NCBI GenBank assembly: GCA_023475345.1
Contig: JAMCWD010000070.1
Coordinates: 360-64,359, forward strand
DNA from: Chloroflexota bacterium
GTDB taxonomy: Bacteria; Vulcanimicrobiota; JAMCWD01
Direction: 5' to 3'
Length of the DNA: 64,000 nucleotides
The notes beneath the pieces are model-generated. The model was not told the origin of the DNA. It was given only the letters and a program-made list of their open reading frames with translations, and ran no database searches. This document shows positions 36,372 through 45,257 of the stretch, piece after piece. Within the stretch, counting starts at the first letter, position 1. Each line of letters opens with the position of its first letter. A program made the translations under genes and the position numbers.

Positions 36372-36465
36372 GGTCTTCTCCCCTCCGGCGGCAGGGGAAT
36401 TTTTATATCCGGCTTTCATGATCCGCTCCTTAAAAAAACAAAACTTCAAATATTTGAAATTCGTG

Positions 36466-36494
36466 TTGACCTTTACCGGTCGTTTATGTATAAT
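36466..36494 (+). promoter_or_regulatory. sigma70 promoter TTGACC-N17-TATAAT upstream of tRNA(CAT)-tRNA-Glu
   Basis: The hexamers are at 36466-36471 and 36489-36494. Confidence 0.5.
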
Positions 36495-36507
36495 AATGCC
36501 CGTACCG

Positions 36508-36584
36508 GGGGCCTGTAGCTCAGTGGTTAGAGCGGTCGGCTCATAACCGATTGGTCCGAGGTTCGAATCCTCGCAGGCCCACCA
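36508..36584 (+). tRNA. tRNA with anticodon CAT (elongator Met type; lysidine-modified Ile2 not excluded)
   Basis: It has acceptor GGGCCTG/CAGGCCC and anticodon arm GTCGG-CTCATAA-CCGAT. It lacks the initiator features of a C1-A72 mismatch and a GGG/CCC anticodon stem. Confidence 0.85.
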
Positions 36585-36608
36585 TTAATTGAAAACAATG
36601 TTTGAGGT

Positions 36609-36685
36609 GGCCCCGTCGTCCAGCGGCCCAGGACATCACGCTTTCAATGTGAAGATCACGGGTTCGAATCCCGTCGGGGTCACCA
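36609..36685 (+). tRNA. tRNA-Glu (anticodon TTC), CCA encoded
   Basis: It has acceptor GGCCCCG/CGGGGTC, anticodon arm TCACG-CTTTCAA-TGTGA and T arm CACGGG-TTCGAAT-CCCGTC. Confidence 0.9.
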
Positions 36686-36761
36686 ATTTTTTCGGAGGGC
36701 AAATTTGCTCTCCCTTAATTTTTTAAAAGGTAAAATCCGGCCAGGCTCGAAATCTATTTTC

Positions 36762-37598
36762 ATGAAAAAATCAATATTTATAATCACAGCTTTAATCCTG
36801 CTTTTAAGCTCCGTTCCGGCATGGGCTGCGCAGCCTGCTGTTTACATCAACGGGGCGGCCGTCCCCGATTACATGCTGGTTATGCGTAACGGCGATCCGT
36901 GGATAATGGGAGAAAAGTTCCTCGGCGGATTCAAAATAGATTATGATGTCAATTACATGGGCCCGTACCTTATCATAGGCGGCAGGCAGTTCAGTCAGTG
37001 CGCCATGTTCAACAATGAAATTTACGTACCCCTCAAAGGCATGTCGGAATTCATCGGTGCCACTTACAAAATCAACGACGGCGGCATTTTTATAGACTAC
37101 AACGCGGCATCGCCTGCTGCGGTACTTCAGCCCGCAGTCAAGCAGGCTGATGAAACCCCGGATGCGCCTTCGCCTGATAAGCCCGTCCCCCTGGAAGCCC
37201 AGGAGATAGATCTCTCGATGGGCCAGAAGGACGATTTCCTCGGCGGAGAACCTCTGCTCCTGACGTTAAAGATCGCGAATACCTCTTCTTCCCAAATAGA
37301 CAGGGCGCTTGCAACGATAACGCTGGTGGATACGAAGGACAGTATAATCTCAGGGGTCAAGCTCCTCCTTTTGAGAATGGGTCCCGGGGAAAGGCGTACC
37401 GTTGTAATCAACTTCACGCGGAGCTGGGGGAATGATATGCGGTCAAGATACGAACTGACCGAACCCCTGGATGTAAAAAAGATCGTGTCCGATACCGAGG
37501 CCGAAGTTAAACCCAAATACAACTCGAAGATAGAATATTACATAGTCCATCCGGAAATACAGTTTTCCATCCCTGATCCGGGCTTCGACGGGTATTGA
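36762..37598 (+). CDS. secreted hypothetical protein
   Basis: The start is chosen at MKKSIFIITALILLLSSVPAWA (signal peptide), not the upstream ORF-track start at 36705. I could not assign a family. Confidence 0.45.
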   Translation: MKKSIFIITALILLLSSVPAWAAQPAVYINGAAVPDYMLVMRNGDPWIMGEKFLGGFKIDYDVNYMGPYLIIGGRQFSQCAMFNNEIYVPLKGMSEFIGATYKINDGGIFIDYNAASPAAVLQPAVKQADETPDAPSPDKPVPLEAQEIDLSMGQKDDFLGGEPLLLTLKIANTSSSQIDRALATITLVDTKDSIISGVKLLLLRMGPGERRTVVINFTRSWGNDMRSRYELTEPLDVKKIVSDTEAEVKPKYNSKIEYYIVHPEIQFSIPDPGFDGY

Positions 37599-37816
37599 GG
37601 GCCGGGGTTTTTTGTCGCGGTTGTCAGGGAGGCTTCATAGAGCAAATAACTGCGGGTTCGGGATTTTTTCACCGGGGCACGGGGGGAGTTATCGAACGAA
37701 AAATTTTTTCCCGAATTTTTTTCTGAGGTAAAAATTTTAAGAGGGCAAAATTTTTTTAGGGGGGCTGGAAGGATCTATCGAAAAGTTGTACAATAATTGA
37801 AAATTGAAATTTGCGT

Positions 37817-37893
37817 GGGCGAATAGCTCAGGGGTCTAGAGCGCCTCGTTTACACCGAGGATGTCCGGGGTTCAAATCCCTGTTCGCCCACCA
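37817..37893 (+). tRNA. tRNA-Val (anticodon TAC), CCA encoded
   Basis: It has acceptor GGGCGAA/TTCGCCC, anticodon arm CCTCG-TTTACAC-CGAGG and T arm CGGGG-TTCAAAT-CCCTG. Confidence 0.9.
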
Positions 37894-37903
37894 TTTTTAT
37901 TTG
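37873..37903 (+). repeat. 31-bp direct repeat, left copy (last 21 nt of tRNA-Val(TAC) plus 10 nt downstream)
   Basis: CAAATCCCTGTTCGCCCACCATTTTTATTTG is identical to 41211-41241. Confidence 0.95.
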
Positions 37904-38019
37904 TGCTATTTTTTGACATCTCTCTTAAAGGCTTCTCATTTTCGCCTTTTCTCCGGTTCAGAACCCAGCAGTTTTCATCCGTTGAAATTTTACAATCCCG
38001 AATTTCAATATCGACCACG

Positions 38020-38271
38020 TTAAGTGATCTCCTTATTCGTTGAATTTTTTTGGGACGGGCTTAACGGTTTTTTGTATTGCCTGTCGAACGCCTGTTCAAG
38101 AACTCCCGGCTGAGCAGGGGAGAATTTTCTGTCTGTCATGGATGCAATGGCGATCAAATTTTCACCGTTTTTCTTTTTGATAATATGACAGTCTTTCGAA
38201 TGACTGAAGACGTATTCTCCGAAATCCTGGGAAAGATTTTCTCCATCTTTTAAATTGATCTTATTTTCCAT
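38020..38271 (-). CDS. hypothetical 83-aa protein (islet cargo)
   Basis: This rests on the ORF alone, and I recognise no motif. Confidence 0.3.
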   Translation of the reverse strand: MENKINLKDGENLSQDFGEYVFSHSKDCHIIKKKNGENLIAIASMTDRKFSPAQPGVLEQAFDRQYKKPLSPSQKNSTNKEIT

Positions 38272-38378
38272 TGGATTGATCTCCTTTTGAAAATTCGGCT
38301 TCTTGTATACATTTTATAAGTTAGGTGATATGCTTTCTATAATAGAAAACATTACAATCCATTACAGGAGAAAAAAAC

Positions 38379-39941
38379 TTGATGAAAAGGGTTGTTGATT
38401 TTTCATTTGTTATTAGAGGTCAAAATTACAGGTTTAAAAGTTTCGGAGAGTTCCCGGTACTGGGGCGATATTATAAAATATTGAAAGAAAAAATCCCCGC
38501 AGTTTTTCCGGGCCTTCTTGATGTTGAAACTGAAGAGGGGCTTTCTGAAGAGGGTGAGGAAGACGAAAAAAAAATAGTAAAAGAGTCGCTGCCCTGGGAC
38601 GATTACAAGCGGAAACTACTTGAAGACGCCATTAAACAGGGAAAGGAAAAACATTTTTCCCGCAAAGAAAAATTACAATATTTAGCGGATTTAGACGCGA
38701 ACAGGCTCACAGAGCGGAATCATGCAATTGAGCGGGATATTGATATGGATATGGAACTTGAAAGTGGGTTGACATATATAAGCAGTGATGAAGAGGCTCA
38801 ACGGGTGCAGAGGGCGCGTCGTATGGGGGGGCTTTCGGTTTTTGATTTTCCCGATCATTGTCTCAGAACGCTTGCTTATGAAAGTTTAGATCCCGATGAG
38901 GTTGACAATTCATTGCTTACCCCAAAAAGAGAGAAGCGACAAGATTGGACTTACTTAAGACATTATGAGTGTGATGAATTTTTTAATTTAATGGGAATAT
39001 GGCCTGAAAATGAAAACGAATACCCCACCCTAACCAGGGAAGACGATGTGGTATATGGAGCAAATCCCAAACTTCTCCGCTCCCACCCGGCAGCCCGCGA
39101 ATTTTCCCATAAAAAATTATTTGTAAAAATGCTTACATATAAGGATGATCGGATGATAGTTTGTGATTATGTTCCTGAGCCGAAAACTCTTGATGACTTG
39201 AATGATAAGAAAAGCGGGTTTTGGTATAATCCGGTCGATGATAAGCACGGCTTATTTATCGAATTTAAAGACCTGGATATTTCCTCTGATGAAAAAATAA
39301 AAGAATTTCTGGAACAATACGGAGCCTTGGGTTTTATGGAATTGGGATATAATTATATTCATATTTGCGAAAAAGGGCTGATTCATGATCCCAATACATA
39401 CGAAAAACCGCCAGAAAATGGAGAATTATGGTTTGAGCCTGTAGAATGGTTCAAGGAGCAGGTATCAACTTTTAAGAAAATCATTGAAACATATAATGAA
39501 TTACAAAAAACTAAAAACAAATTAGATAAAGGTTTTTATTCAGGCACTAAAGGGGCTGACAAAGAGAAGAAGGATGAAGTGAAATTAAAAAACCTTGATC
39601 ATAATATGACGCATGAAACAATCCGTGATATAAATTTGGGCTTGCAGGGTGCTTCCGTTGTTCTTGCAGTCGATCCAGAAACATTTACACAGGGATGGCT
39701 GTTCTTTTGCTTGTATCACGCCCTTTATATTCAACTATATGAAAATGTTTTAAGTGGAAAACTCAGAATCTGTCCCAGTTGTGGAAATCCGTTTATAAAA
39801 AAAGGCAAACAAAAATACTGTAAGCCGAACTGTGGAAATAAGTTTAGAGTAAATAAATTCAGGGACAAAAAAAGGGGAAAGAAACTTGAGGTCAAGAAGG
39901 CGAGTTCAAAGAAGAAACCTGTAAAGATGAAGGCCGTATAG
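38379..39941 (+). CDS. hypothetical 520-aa protein with a C-terminal CGNR-like zinc ribbon and basic tail (islet cargo)
   Basis: The C-terminus is RICPSCGNPFIKKGKQKYCKPNCGNKFRVNKFRDKKRGKK, that is C-x2-C...C-x3-CGN-x-FR followed by Lys/Arg-rich residues. It has an acidic N-terminal third. Confidence 0.5.
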   Translation: MMKRVVDFSFVIRGQNYRFKSFGEFPVLGRYYKILKEKIPAVFPGLLDVETEEGLSEEGEEDEKKIVKESLPWDDYKRKLLEDAIKQGKEKHFSRKEKLQYLADLDANRLTERNHAIERDIDMDMELESGLTYISSDEEAQRVQRARRMGGLSVFDFPDHCLRTLAYESLDPDEVDNSLLTPKREKRQDWTYLRHYECDEFFNLMGIWPENENEYPTLTREDDVVYGANPKLLRSHPAAREFSHKKLFVKMLTYKDDRMIVCDYVPEPKTLDDLNDKKSGFWYNPVDDKHGLFIEFKDLDISSDEKIKEFLEQYGALGFMELGYNYIHICEKGLIHDPNTYEKPPENGELWFEPVEWFKEQVSTFKKIIETYNELQKTKNKLDKGFYSGTKGADKEKKDEVKLKNLDHNMTHETIRDINLGLQGASVVLAVDPETFTQGWLFFCLYHALYIQLYENVLSGKLRICPSCGNPFIKKGKQKYCKPNCGNKFRVNKFRDKKRGKKLEVKKASSKKKPVKMKAV

Positions 39942-40031
39942 AAGAAACTTGCCTAGGCGAAGGAGTGAGGATAAATTTTAAAGAATATTTTCCATGTTCT
40001 CAGAATGCCCTTCACCTTCAAGTGTCAGCTT

Positions 40032-41033
40032 TTAAGATTTGCTTCTCTTTTCTAAAGAAATTTCCAATCCTTTTTCTTTGTGAGTTTTAAATTTACGATA
40101 TATAAATCCAATAAATCTAATTATTAAAGCAACTAAAAAATAACCATTGAGCCAATTGATAACTGCTGCATGGACTTCAAGGGTGTTAAAATATCCCCCG
40201 AGAATACTTGTAAAAAAGAAGCCAAGAATGTAAATCCAAACAGATGGCTTATACAGCCGTTCTTTTAAATCTTCAGATAATTTCTTTTTTGCTGATAGCC
40301 ACATAAAGGCGGTGATAATAGCCAGCAGAAGATAGAAAAAGCCTCCATAATTTGAAAGTATAAAACCAGTCCATATTGCTATAGTTTGATAAATTGAACC
40401 ATAAGGAAAAACATATATTGCAAGGTAGTATATAGGCGAAGCAATCACTTGAAGAGAAAGGGCACCCAAAATAAATAAATTAGGAGAGTATCCAAGAATT
40501 TGTTCTGGAGAGAACTTATCATAATCTTCTGATTCAATTTCGCCTGATCCGATAATCTTTGAAGTAAAAGAGAGTTTTGAAAAGAAAAACCAAAAAATAA
40601 CCATTAAAAGTAAGGTTCCAACAGAAATAAACGCTGTAAAACCCGATTTATACCAAGCGATAAATGGAGCCGCAAAAATCGCCAGGGGAGGCAGTAGAAT
40701 TGAAATCCCTAATCCCCAAATAATATCCCAAGAGGTCATTACGTAAATTGTAAAAATAATAATCCAAGCCCATAATACTCCTTGGGCAAGTAAGAACAAA
40801 GAAATCCCAAAGATTGAGAAGGGTAAAAAAACCCATTTCTGACCAAAAGTTATTCTTTCTCCGTTTATCAAATATTTTCGAAACGCTTTAAAGCTAGCTA
40901 TAGATGCAAAAATAGGTCTTGTAAAAAGTATAAAGAATTGACGAAGAAAATTAAAAATTATTGGCAACCAAATTATAGCTGCAATTACAATTACAATCCA
41001 TAAAAAAATATCTAACAATATCTTCAATTTCAC
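40032..41033 (-). CDS. polytopic membrane protein, function unknown (islet cargo)
   Basis: The ORF is 333 aa with about 8-9 hydrophobic helices and an acidic loop (GEIESEDYDKFSPEQ). Confidence 0.45.
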   Translation of the reverse strand: MKLKILLDIFLWIVIVIAAIIWLPIIFNFLRQFFILFTRPIFASIASFKAFRKYLINGERITFGQKWVFLPFSIFGISLFLLAQGVLWAWIIIFTIYVMTSWDIIWGLGISILLPPLAIFAAPFIAWYKSGFTAFISVGTLLLMVIFWFFFSKLSFTSKIIGSGEIESEDYDKFSPEQILGYSPNLFILGALSLQVIASPIYYLAIYVFPYGSIYQTIAIWTGFILSNYGGFFYLLLAIITAFMWLSAKKKLSEDLKERLYKPSVWIYILGFFFTSILGGYFNTLEVHAAVINWLNGYFLVALIIRFIGFIYRKFKTHKEKGLEISLEKRSKS

Positions 41034-41210
41034 ACCCCACTTAGCTGGCCGTACTCATCGCCAGAAAGATTGGCTTCAATGCTAGCTTCCGTCATATCTC
41101 CATCCCCCTTAAAGTATAATCAAGAATAATTACACCCATTATTTAAATATTTCAATTCATCAAAAATATCCGGTTATCCTTTTTCTAAAGCTAAAAACAC
41201 AAAGCAATAG

Positions 41211-41241
41211 CAAATCCCTGTTCGCCCACCATTTTTATTTG
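41211..41241 (+). repeat. 31-bp direct repeat, right copy (orphan tRNA-Val 3' end)
   Basis: It is identical to 37873-37903, and no tRNA body lies upstream of it. Confidence 0.95.
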
Positions 41242-41261
41242 CGGGGGAATCAATCCCCGCT

Positions 41262-42086
41262 CTATTTTTTCCTGACAATAATCAGCATGTGGCCGCTTGC
41301 ATCGACGACAAACTGCTCGGTGCATATTTTATAATGAACGTCCAGCCAGTTTTTCCATGCCTCCGGGTGATCCTTTGCAAATTTATTGGTCGTATCCATA
41401 TCTATATTCAGGCCTTCCAGCCCGGCTTTTTCCATGATGTCAACATTTTCCGAAAGGAATATCTGTTCAAGCTCGTTACAAGTGAAGAAATGACAATAGC
41501 CGCTCCCCCTCCACCTGTAATCTTCCCCTTTGAAAACCAGCTTCTCTAAATCCTTCCTGGACGCGGCTTCATGCGGCCAGCCCGCCGGGGTCGCCGCTAA
41601 AACGCCGTACCTGCTCATCACCGAGACAAAAATTACAGAGCCGCCTTTGCCTACCCGGATCAATTCGGAAACGGCTTTTTTTCTTTCCTGTTCGGGATGG
41701 ATATGTGACAGCGGCCCACCCAGGCACAACACCGCATCAAACGAATTGTCCTTGAAATCCGACAAATCGGTTATCGATCCCCTGACAATATTTTTAACCC
41801 TTTTGCCGAGTTTATTTTTTATTATCTGCTTTTCGGCAAAATCCAGATGCTCCTGAACAAGATCCAGTAAAACGACATCATATCCCCGTTTTGCAAGCTC
41901 CACCGTGTATCTTCCCGGGCCGCCCCCGGCATCTAAAATCAAACCTTTTTTCGGAAGATGTTTTTTAAGAAATCTCATGGTGGTATCGAATTCCAGGCGA
42001 TGATAGGGGTCACTCGTAAGCCTGTCCCATTCGCTGCTCACGCTTGCCGAATATACTTCTACCGTCAGCCTGGTTTCTTTGTTCAT
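41262..42086 (-). CDS. class I SAM-dependent methyltransferase
   Basis: Motif I is LDAGGGPGRYTVELAKRGYDVVLLDL, and the ORF is 274 aa. Confidence 0.75.
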   Translation of the reverse strand: MNKETRLTVEVYSASVSSEWDRLTSDPYHRLEFDTTMRFLKKHLPKKGLILDAGGGPGRYTVELAKRGYDVVLLDLVQEHLDFAEKQIIKNKLGKRVKNIVRGSITDLSDFKDNSFDAVLCLGGPLSHIHPEQERKKAVSELIRVGKGGSVIFVSVMSRYGVLAATPAGWPHEAASRKDLEKLVFKGEDYRWRGSGYCHFFTCNELEQIFLSENVDIMEKAGLEGLNIDMDTTNKFAKDHPEAWKNWLDVHYKICTEQFVVDASGHMLIIVRKK

Positions 42087-42257
42087 CCAATTATTTTATC
42101 AGGAATAATAGAAATGTCCAGGCATCGAAGGACGTCGCAGTGCCGTGCTTTTGTGGAGCCGGTTTTTCGCCAGGTGGAAAAGTGAGGAGACCTGTCCGGC
42201 GAATATGTTATCAGATCACATTGATCAAAATGAAACTTATTTTCCCCCATAAACGGC

Positions 42258-42285
42258 AAAAGCCCCGGCATAACCCGGGGCTTTT
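42258..42285. terminator. intrinsic terminator hairpin downstream of rpsU
   Basis: AAAAGCCCCGG-CATAAC-CCGGGGCTTTT has flanking A and T runs, so it could act in both directions. Confidence 0.6.
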
Positions 42286-42306
42286 TTTGACAATGATAAA
42301 TACCTG

Positions 42307-42477
42307 TCAGTGTTTCCGCCTTGCAGCGGTCGCCTTTTTCTTCTTCTTTTTTACGGAAGGTTTCTCATAGTGTTCGCGCTTCTTGATCTCGGCCAGGACA
42401 CCGTCTTTCTGGCACTGGCGGCGGAACCTTTTGAGGGCAGAGTCAATGGATTCATTCTCTCCAACTCTGGTTTCCAT
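42307..42477 (-). CDS. rpsU: 30S ribosomal protein S21
   Basis: This 56-aa ORF falls below the ORF-track cutoff. It translates to [56 protein letters not shown], the canonical S21 pattern. Confidence 0.9.
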   Translation of the reverse strand: METRVGENESIDSALKRFRRQCQKDGVLAEIKKREHYEKPSVKKKKKKATAARRKH

Positions 42478-42525
42478 AACTTTTCCCCCCTTTCATAGCC
42501 AGTGAGAACTGTTTTATACCTTGCT

Positions 42526-43704
42526 TCATACAGCGTTCACCGGGGATTGATAAATTCCATTTAAAGTTCGAATCTCCTTTATTTCGCTGTCTTTCATAAA
42601 AAACCTTGGATGACGCTTGCCTAATAATGTGGTTACTTCATAATTTATAGTATCCATCAAAGAGGCGATATCGTCAACCGATATGTACCTGTCGAGCTGG
42701 TGCCCGATTATGACAGCCACTTCTCCCGGAAACACCTCGCCTACGGATGTCGCATCCACAAGGATGGAATCCATACAGACCCTTCCTACCACAGGCACTT
42801 CCATCCCTCTCAAAAGTACCCAGCCCCGGTTTGAAAGCATCCTGCTGTAGCCGTCCGCATAACCCAGCGGCAAGGTGGCGATGACGGATCCCCTGGGAGC
42901 GGTATATGTCCTGTCGTAAGAGAGAGTCATGTCTTCGGGAAGTTTTTTCGCATAAACCACGCGGGCTTTCAAAGATAAAACGGGCCGAAGCGGAAGCTTG
43001 TGCAGCATCTGGGGCGACGGCACCATACCGTATATAATCAGCCCCGGCCTTACCATGTTCAATTTCATTTCGGGATAATCTATCAGCACCGCCGAAGTTG
43101 CGACATGGGCGTATTTATATTTTATCCCGGCGGCCTTCAGGTCCTCCAGGACTTTATTGAAAGCGTTCCACTGCTCGTAAACGTATTCCTTATCGGGGCT
43201 TGCGGCGGTTGCAAAATGAGTGAAGACGCCTTCAAGCTCGATATTGGGAAGGTCTTGAATATAGCGGGCGATCTCAACCGCCTCATCGGGCAATATGCCT
43301 ATTCTCCCCATGCCCGTTTCAACTTTGAGGTGAACTTTCAATTCCCTGCCCTGCTTTGCGGCTTCCTCTGAAAGAGAAGACGCCATTTCGCGCGTGAATA
43401 CAGACGGTATGAAACCGAATTTTACTATGGCTGGAGCCTGCCCAGGAAGCGTGGCGCTCAGGATCTGAACGGGGATCTTGATGCCAGCCTTGTGGAGCTG
43501 CTTTGCCTCATCGACGGTGGCGACGGCGAGGCGGTCCGCCCCGGCTTCTTCAAGGACGCGCCCAACTTCCACCGCACCGTGTCCGTAAGCATCCGCCTTG
43601 ACGACACAGAGCACGGCCACGTCTTTGCCGACCCGCCTGCGTATGATATTAAAGTTGTGCCTGACAGCGCTCAAATCTATTTCGAGCCATGTCATTTTGT
43701 CCAT
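42526..43704 (-). CDS. alr: alanine racemase
   Basis: It has the PLP-lysine motif VVKADAYGHGA and the C-terminal GRVCMD motif. The ORF is 392 aa. Confidence 0.9.
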   Translation of the reverse strand: MDKMTWLEIDLSAVRHNFNIIRRRVGKDVAVLCVVKADAYGHGAVEVGRVLEEAGADRLAVATVDEAKQLHKAGIKIPVQILSATLPGQAPAIVKFGFIPSVFTREMASSLSEEAAKQGRELKVHLKVETGMGRIGILPDEAVEIARYIQDLPNIELEGVFTHFATAASPDKEYVYEQWNAFNKVLEDLKAAGIKYKYAHVATSAVLIDYPEMKLNMVRPGLIIYGMVPSPQMLHKLPLRPVLSLKARVVYAKKLPEDMTLSYDRTYTAPRGSVIATLPLGYADGYSRMLSNRGWVLLRGMEVPVVGRVCMDSILVDATSVGEVFPGEVAVIIGHQLDRYISVDDIASLMDTINYEVTTLLGKRHPRFFMKDSEIKEIRTLNGIYQSPVNAV

Positions 43705-44137
43705 TGAAAACCCGACCTTTCCGGGAACTATTATTCAAACATAATATTATAAGTCCTGCTTTTGTCTTCGAAAAATATCATCTGCAATTCCGGCCAAATT
43801 ATCATTACAGGCAGGCGAGCCGTTACTATTTATCTCATAAGGATGATAAATTTTCAAGGTATGGTGAGGCCCGGCGGTATTCGGGAAAAATTTATTATTG
43901 CCCTCTCTAGTGTAAACCATGTGCCCGGTCTATTCTGTAAATCATCTGCCCGGTCTGTACCAAACAAATTCCCCCTTAATGAAAGGGGGCGCGGGGGTTG
44001 TCGCCTAAGAAAAACCCTCATACTAAATTGTACAGAGCCGGAGAGATGGCAAAAAAACAGAGCGGCAATCCAGTCTCTAATTGACCCACCCCGCCTTTCG
44101 ACTACGCTCAAGGCACCCCTTGAAGGGGAACTATTCT

Positions 44138-44184
44138 TCTAGTCTCAAGTCTCTAGTCTCCAGTTTCTAGTTTCTAGTCTCCAG
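44138..44184 (+). repeat. degenerate short tandem repeats (TCTAGTCTC / TTTCTAG units)
   Basis: The intergenic sequence is TCTAGTCTCAAGTCTCTAGTCTCCAGTTTCTAGTTTCTAGTCTCCAG. Confidence 0.7.
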
Positions 44185-44270
44185 ACGACATCCCCCAAAC
44201 CCCCTGGCCCCCTTCGGGGACTAATAGCAAAGGAGGAATTAGATATTGTTCAAATATTGTTATAATATTG

Positions 44271-44969
44271 CTAGCCGGACTGGGCACGCCACAGAATGTA
44301 TCCCGTTATACTCCGGATCATCTTGTCAAAATGCTCTTTTTTGAGAAAGGGATGGTCGGCTCCCTTTATAACCAGCATGTCTTTTTCACATTTCAATCTC
44401 TTGTAAAACTGCTCGACTTCGTAAAGCGGGATGATGCTGTCCGCGCTCCCGTGGACTATGAAAGTGGGGGCTTTTATCCTGGGAGCGACGTTTTTTACAT
44501 GATACGGGCCTATGCCTTTCAGGAAATCGGGATCTTCCGGATCGAGCTGCTCCGGGTCGGGACCCAGGTAAACCAGAGGGCATTTCAAAACAAGGGCGAA
44601 AAGATCCCTGTCTCTTGCGGTGGCGGCGGTACACATGCCGCCGAAGCTGGAACCCATGAGGGCGATTTTTCGATAACCCATTTTCCATGCGCCCGAAAGA
44701 CACGCCCTGACATCCTCTATTCCCTCTGTGATTGTCAGGTCATCGAAGCAGCCGTCGCTTTCCCCGTGCCCGTAAAAATCCATCCTCATTACGGCAATCC
44801 CTTCGGGGACCAGCTTCTCCGATAAAATAAGGCCGGTTTCGCCGTCCTTGCTCCCGCCCGATCCGTGGCACATTATAATCAGCGGGCGGCTCGTTTTCCT
44901 GTCGGGCGAATCCAGAACCGCACAAATTTTACGATTTTTGCCTGTCCTGAAAAAAAGCTTGCGTTTCAT
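44271..44969 (-). CDS. alpha/beta hydrolase (dienelactone hydrolase/BAAT-like)
   Basis: It has the nucleophile elbow GSSFGG, then HGSADS, and a C-terminal His region. The ORF is 232 aa. Confidence 0.7.
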   Translation of the reverse strand: MKRKLFFRTGKNRKICAVLDSPDRKTSRPLIIMCHGSGGSKDGETGLILSEKLVPEGIAVMRMDFYGHGESDGCFDDLTITEGIEDVRACLSGAWKMGYRKIALMGSSFGGMCTAATARDRDLFALVLKCPLVYLGPDPEQLDPEDPDFLKGIGPYHVKNVAPRIKAPTFIVHGSADSIIPLYEVEQFYKRLKCEKDMLVIKGADHPFLKKEHFDKMIRSITGYILWRAQSG

Positions 44970-45257
44970 AACTGCTCCTTGAATATATTCGAGTTATTAC
45001 TTAAATTTTTCGGCCGTATCTCCTCTAAGGCGATTATGCTGACAAATTTATCTTTTGAAGATGACTTAATTTTAATACTATATGTAGTAGCCTATCGTCC
45101 CTTGTTAAAATTTAACGGCCTAAACTTTAATAAGTGAAACCGTTATTAAAAGTTCAGCCTCAAAATTTTAATATAAATCTGTAGATATACCTGTGGATAA
45201 GTCGTGATCCGGGCACCACCCCGATGATCAGCCTCCAACCCGGCGATCAGCCGACAA

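Larger units (their letters stand above)
37904..41241. mobile_element. ~3.3-kb tRNA-Val-associated islet bounded by att-like 31-bp direct repeats; no integrase gene present
   Basis: An exact duplication of the tRNA 3' end flanks the segment. By eye the interior is more AT-rich than the flanks. It carries three ORFs of unknown function. Confidence 0.6.

Noticed and set aside
36508-36584. I considered whether the CAT-anticodon tRNA is the initiator tRNA-fMet.
   Set aside because: It has a paired 1-72 position and lacks the three consecutive G-C pairs at the base of the anticodon stem, so I call it elongator-type. Met versus lysidine-Ile2 identity cannot be settled from the sequence alone.
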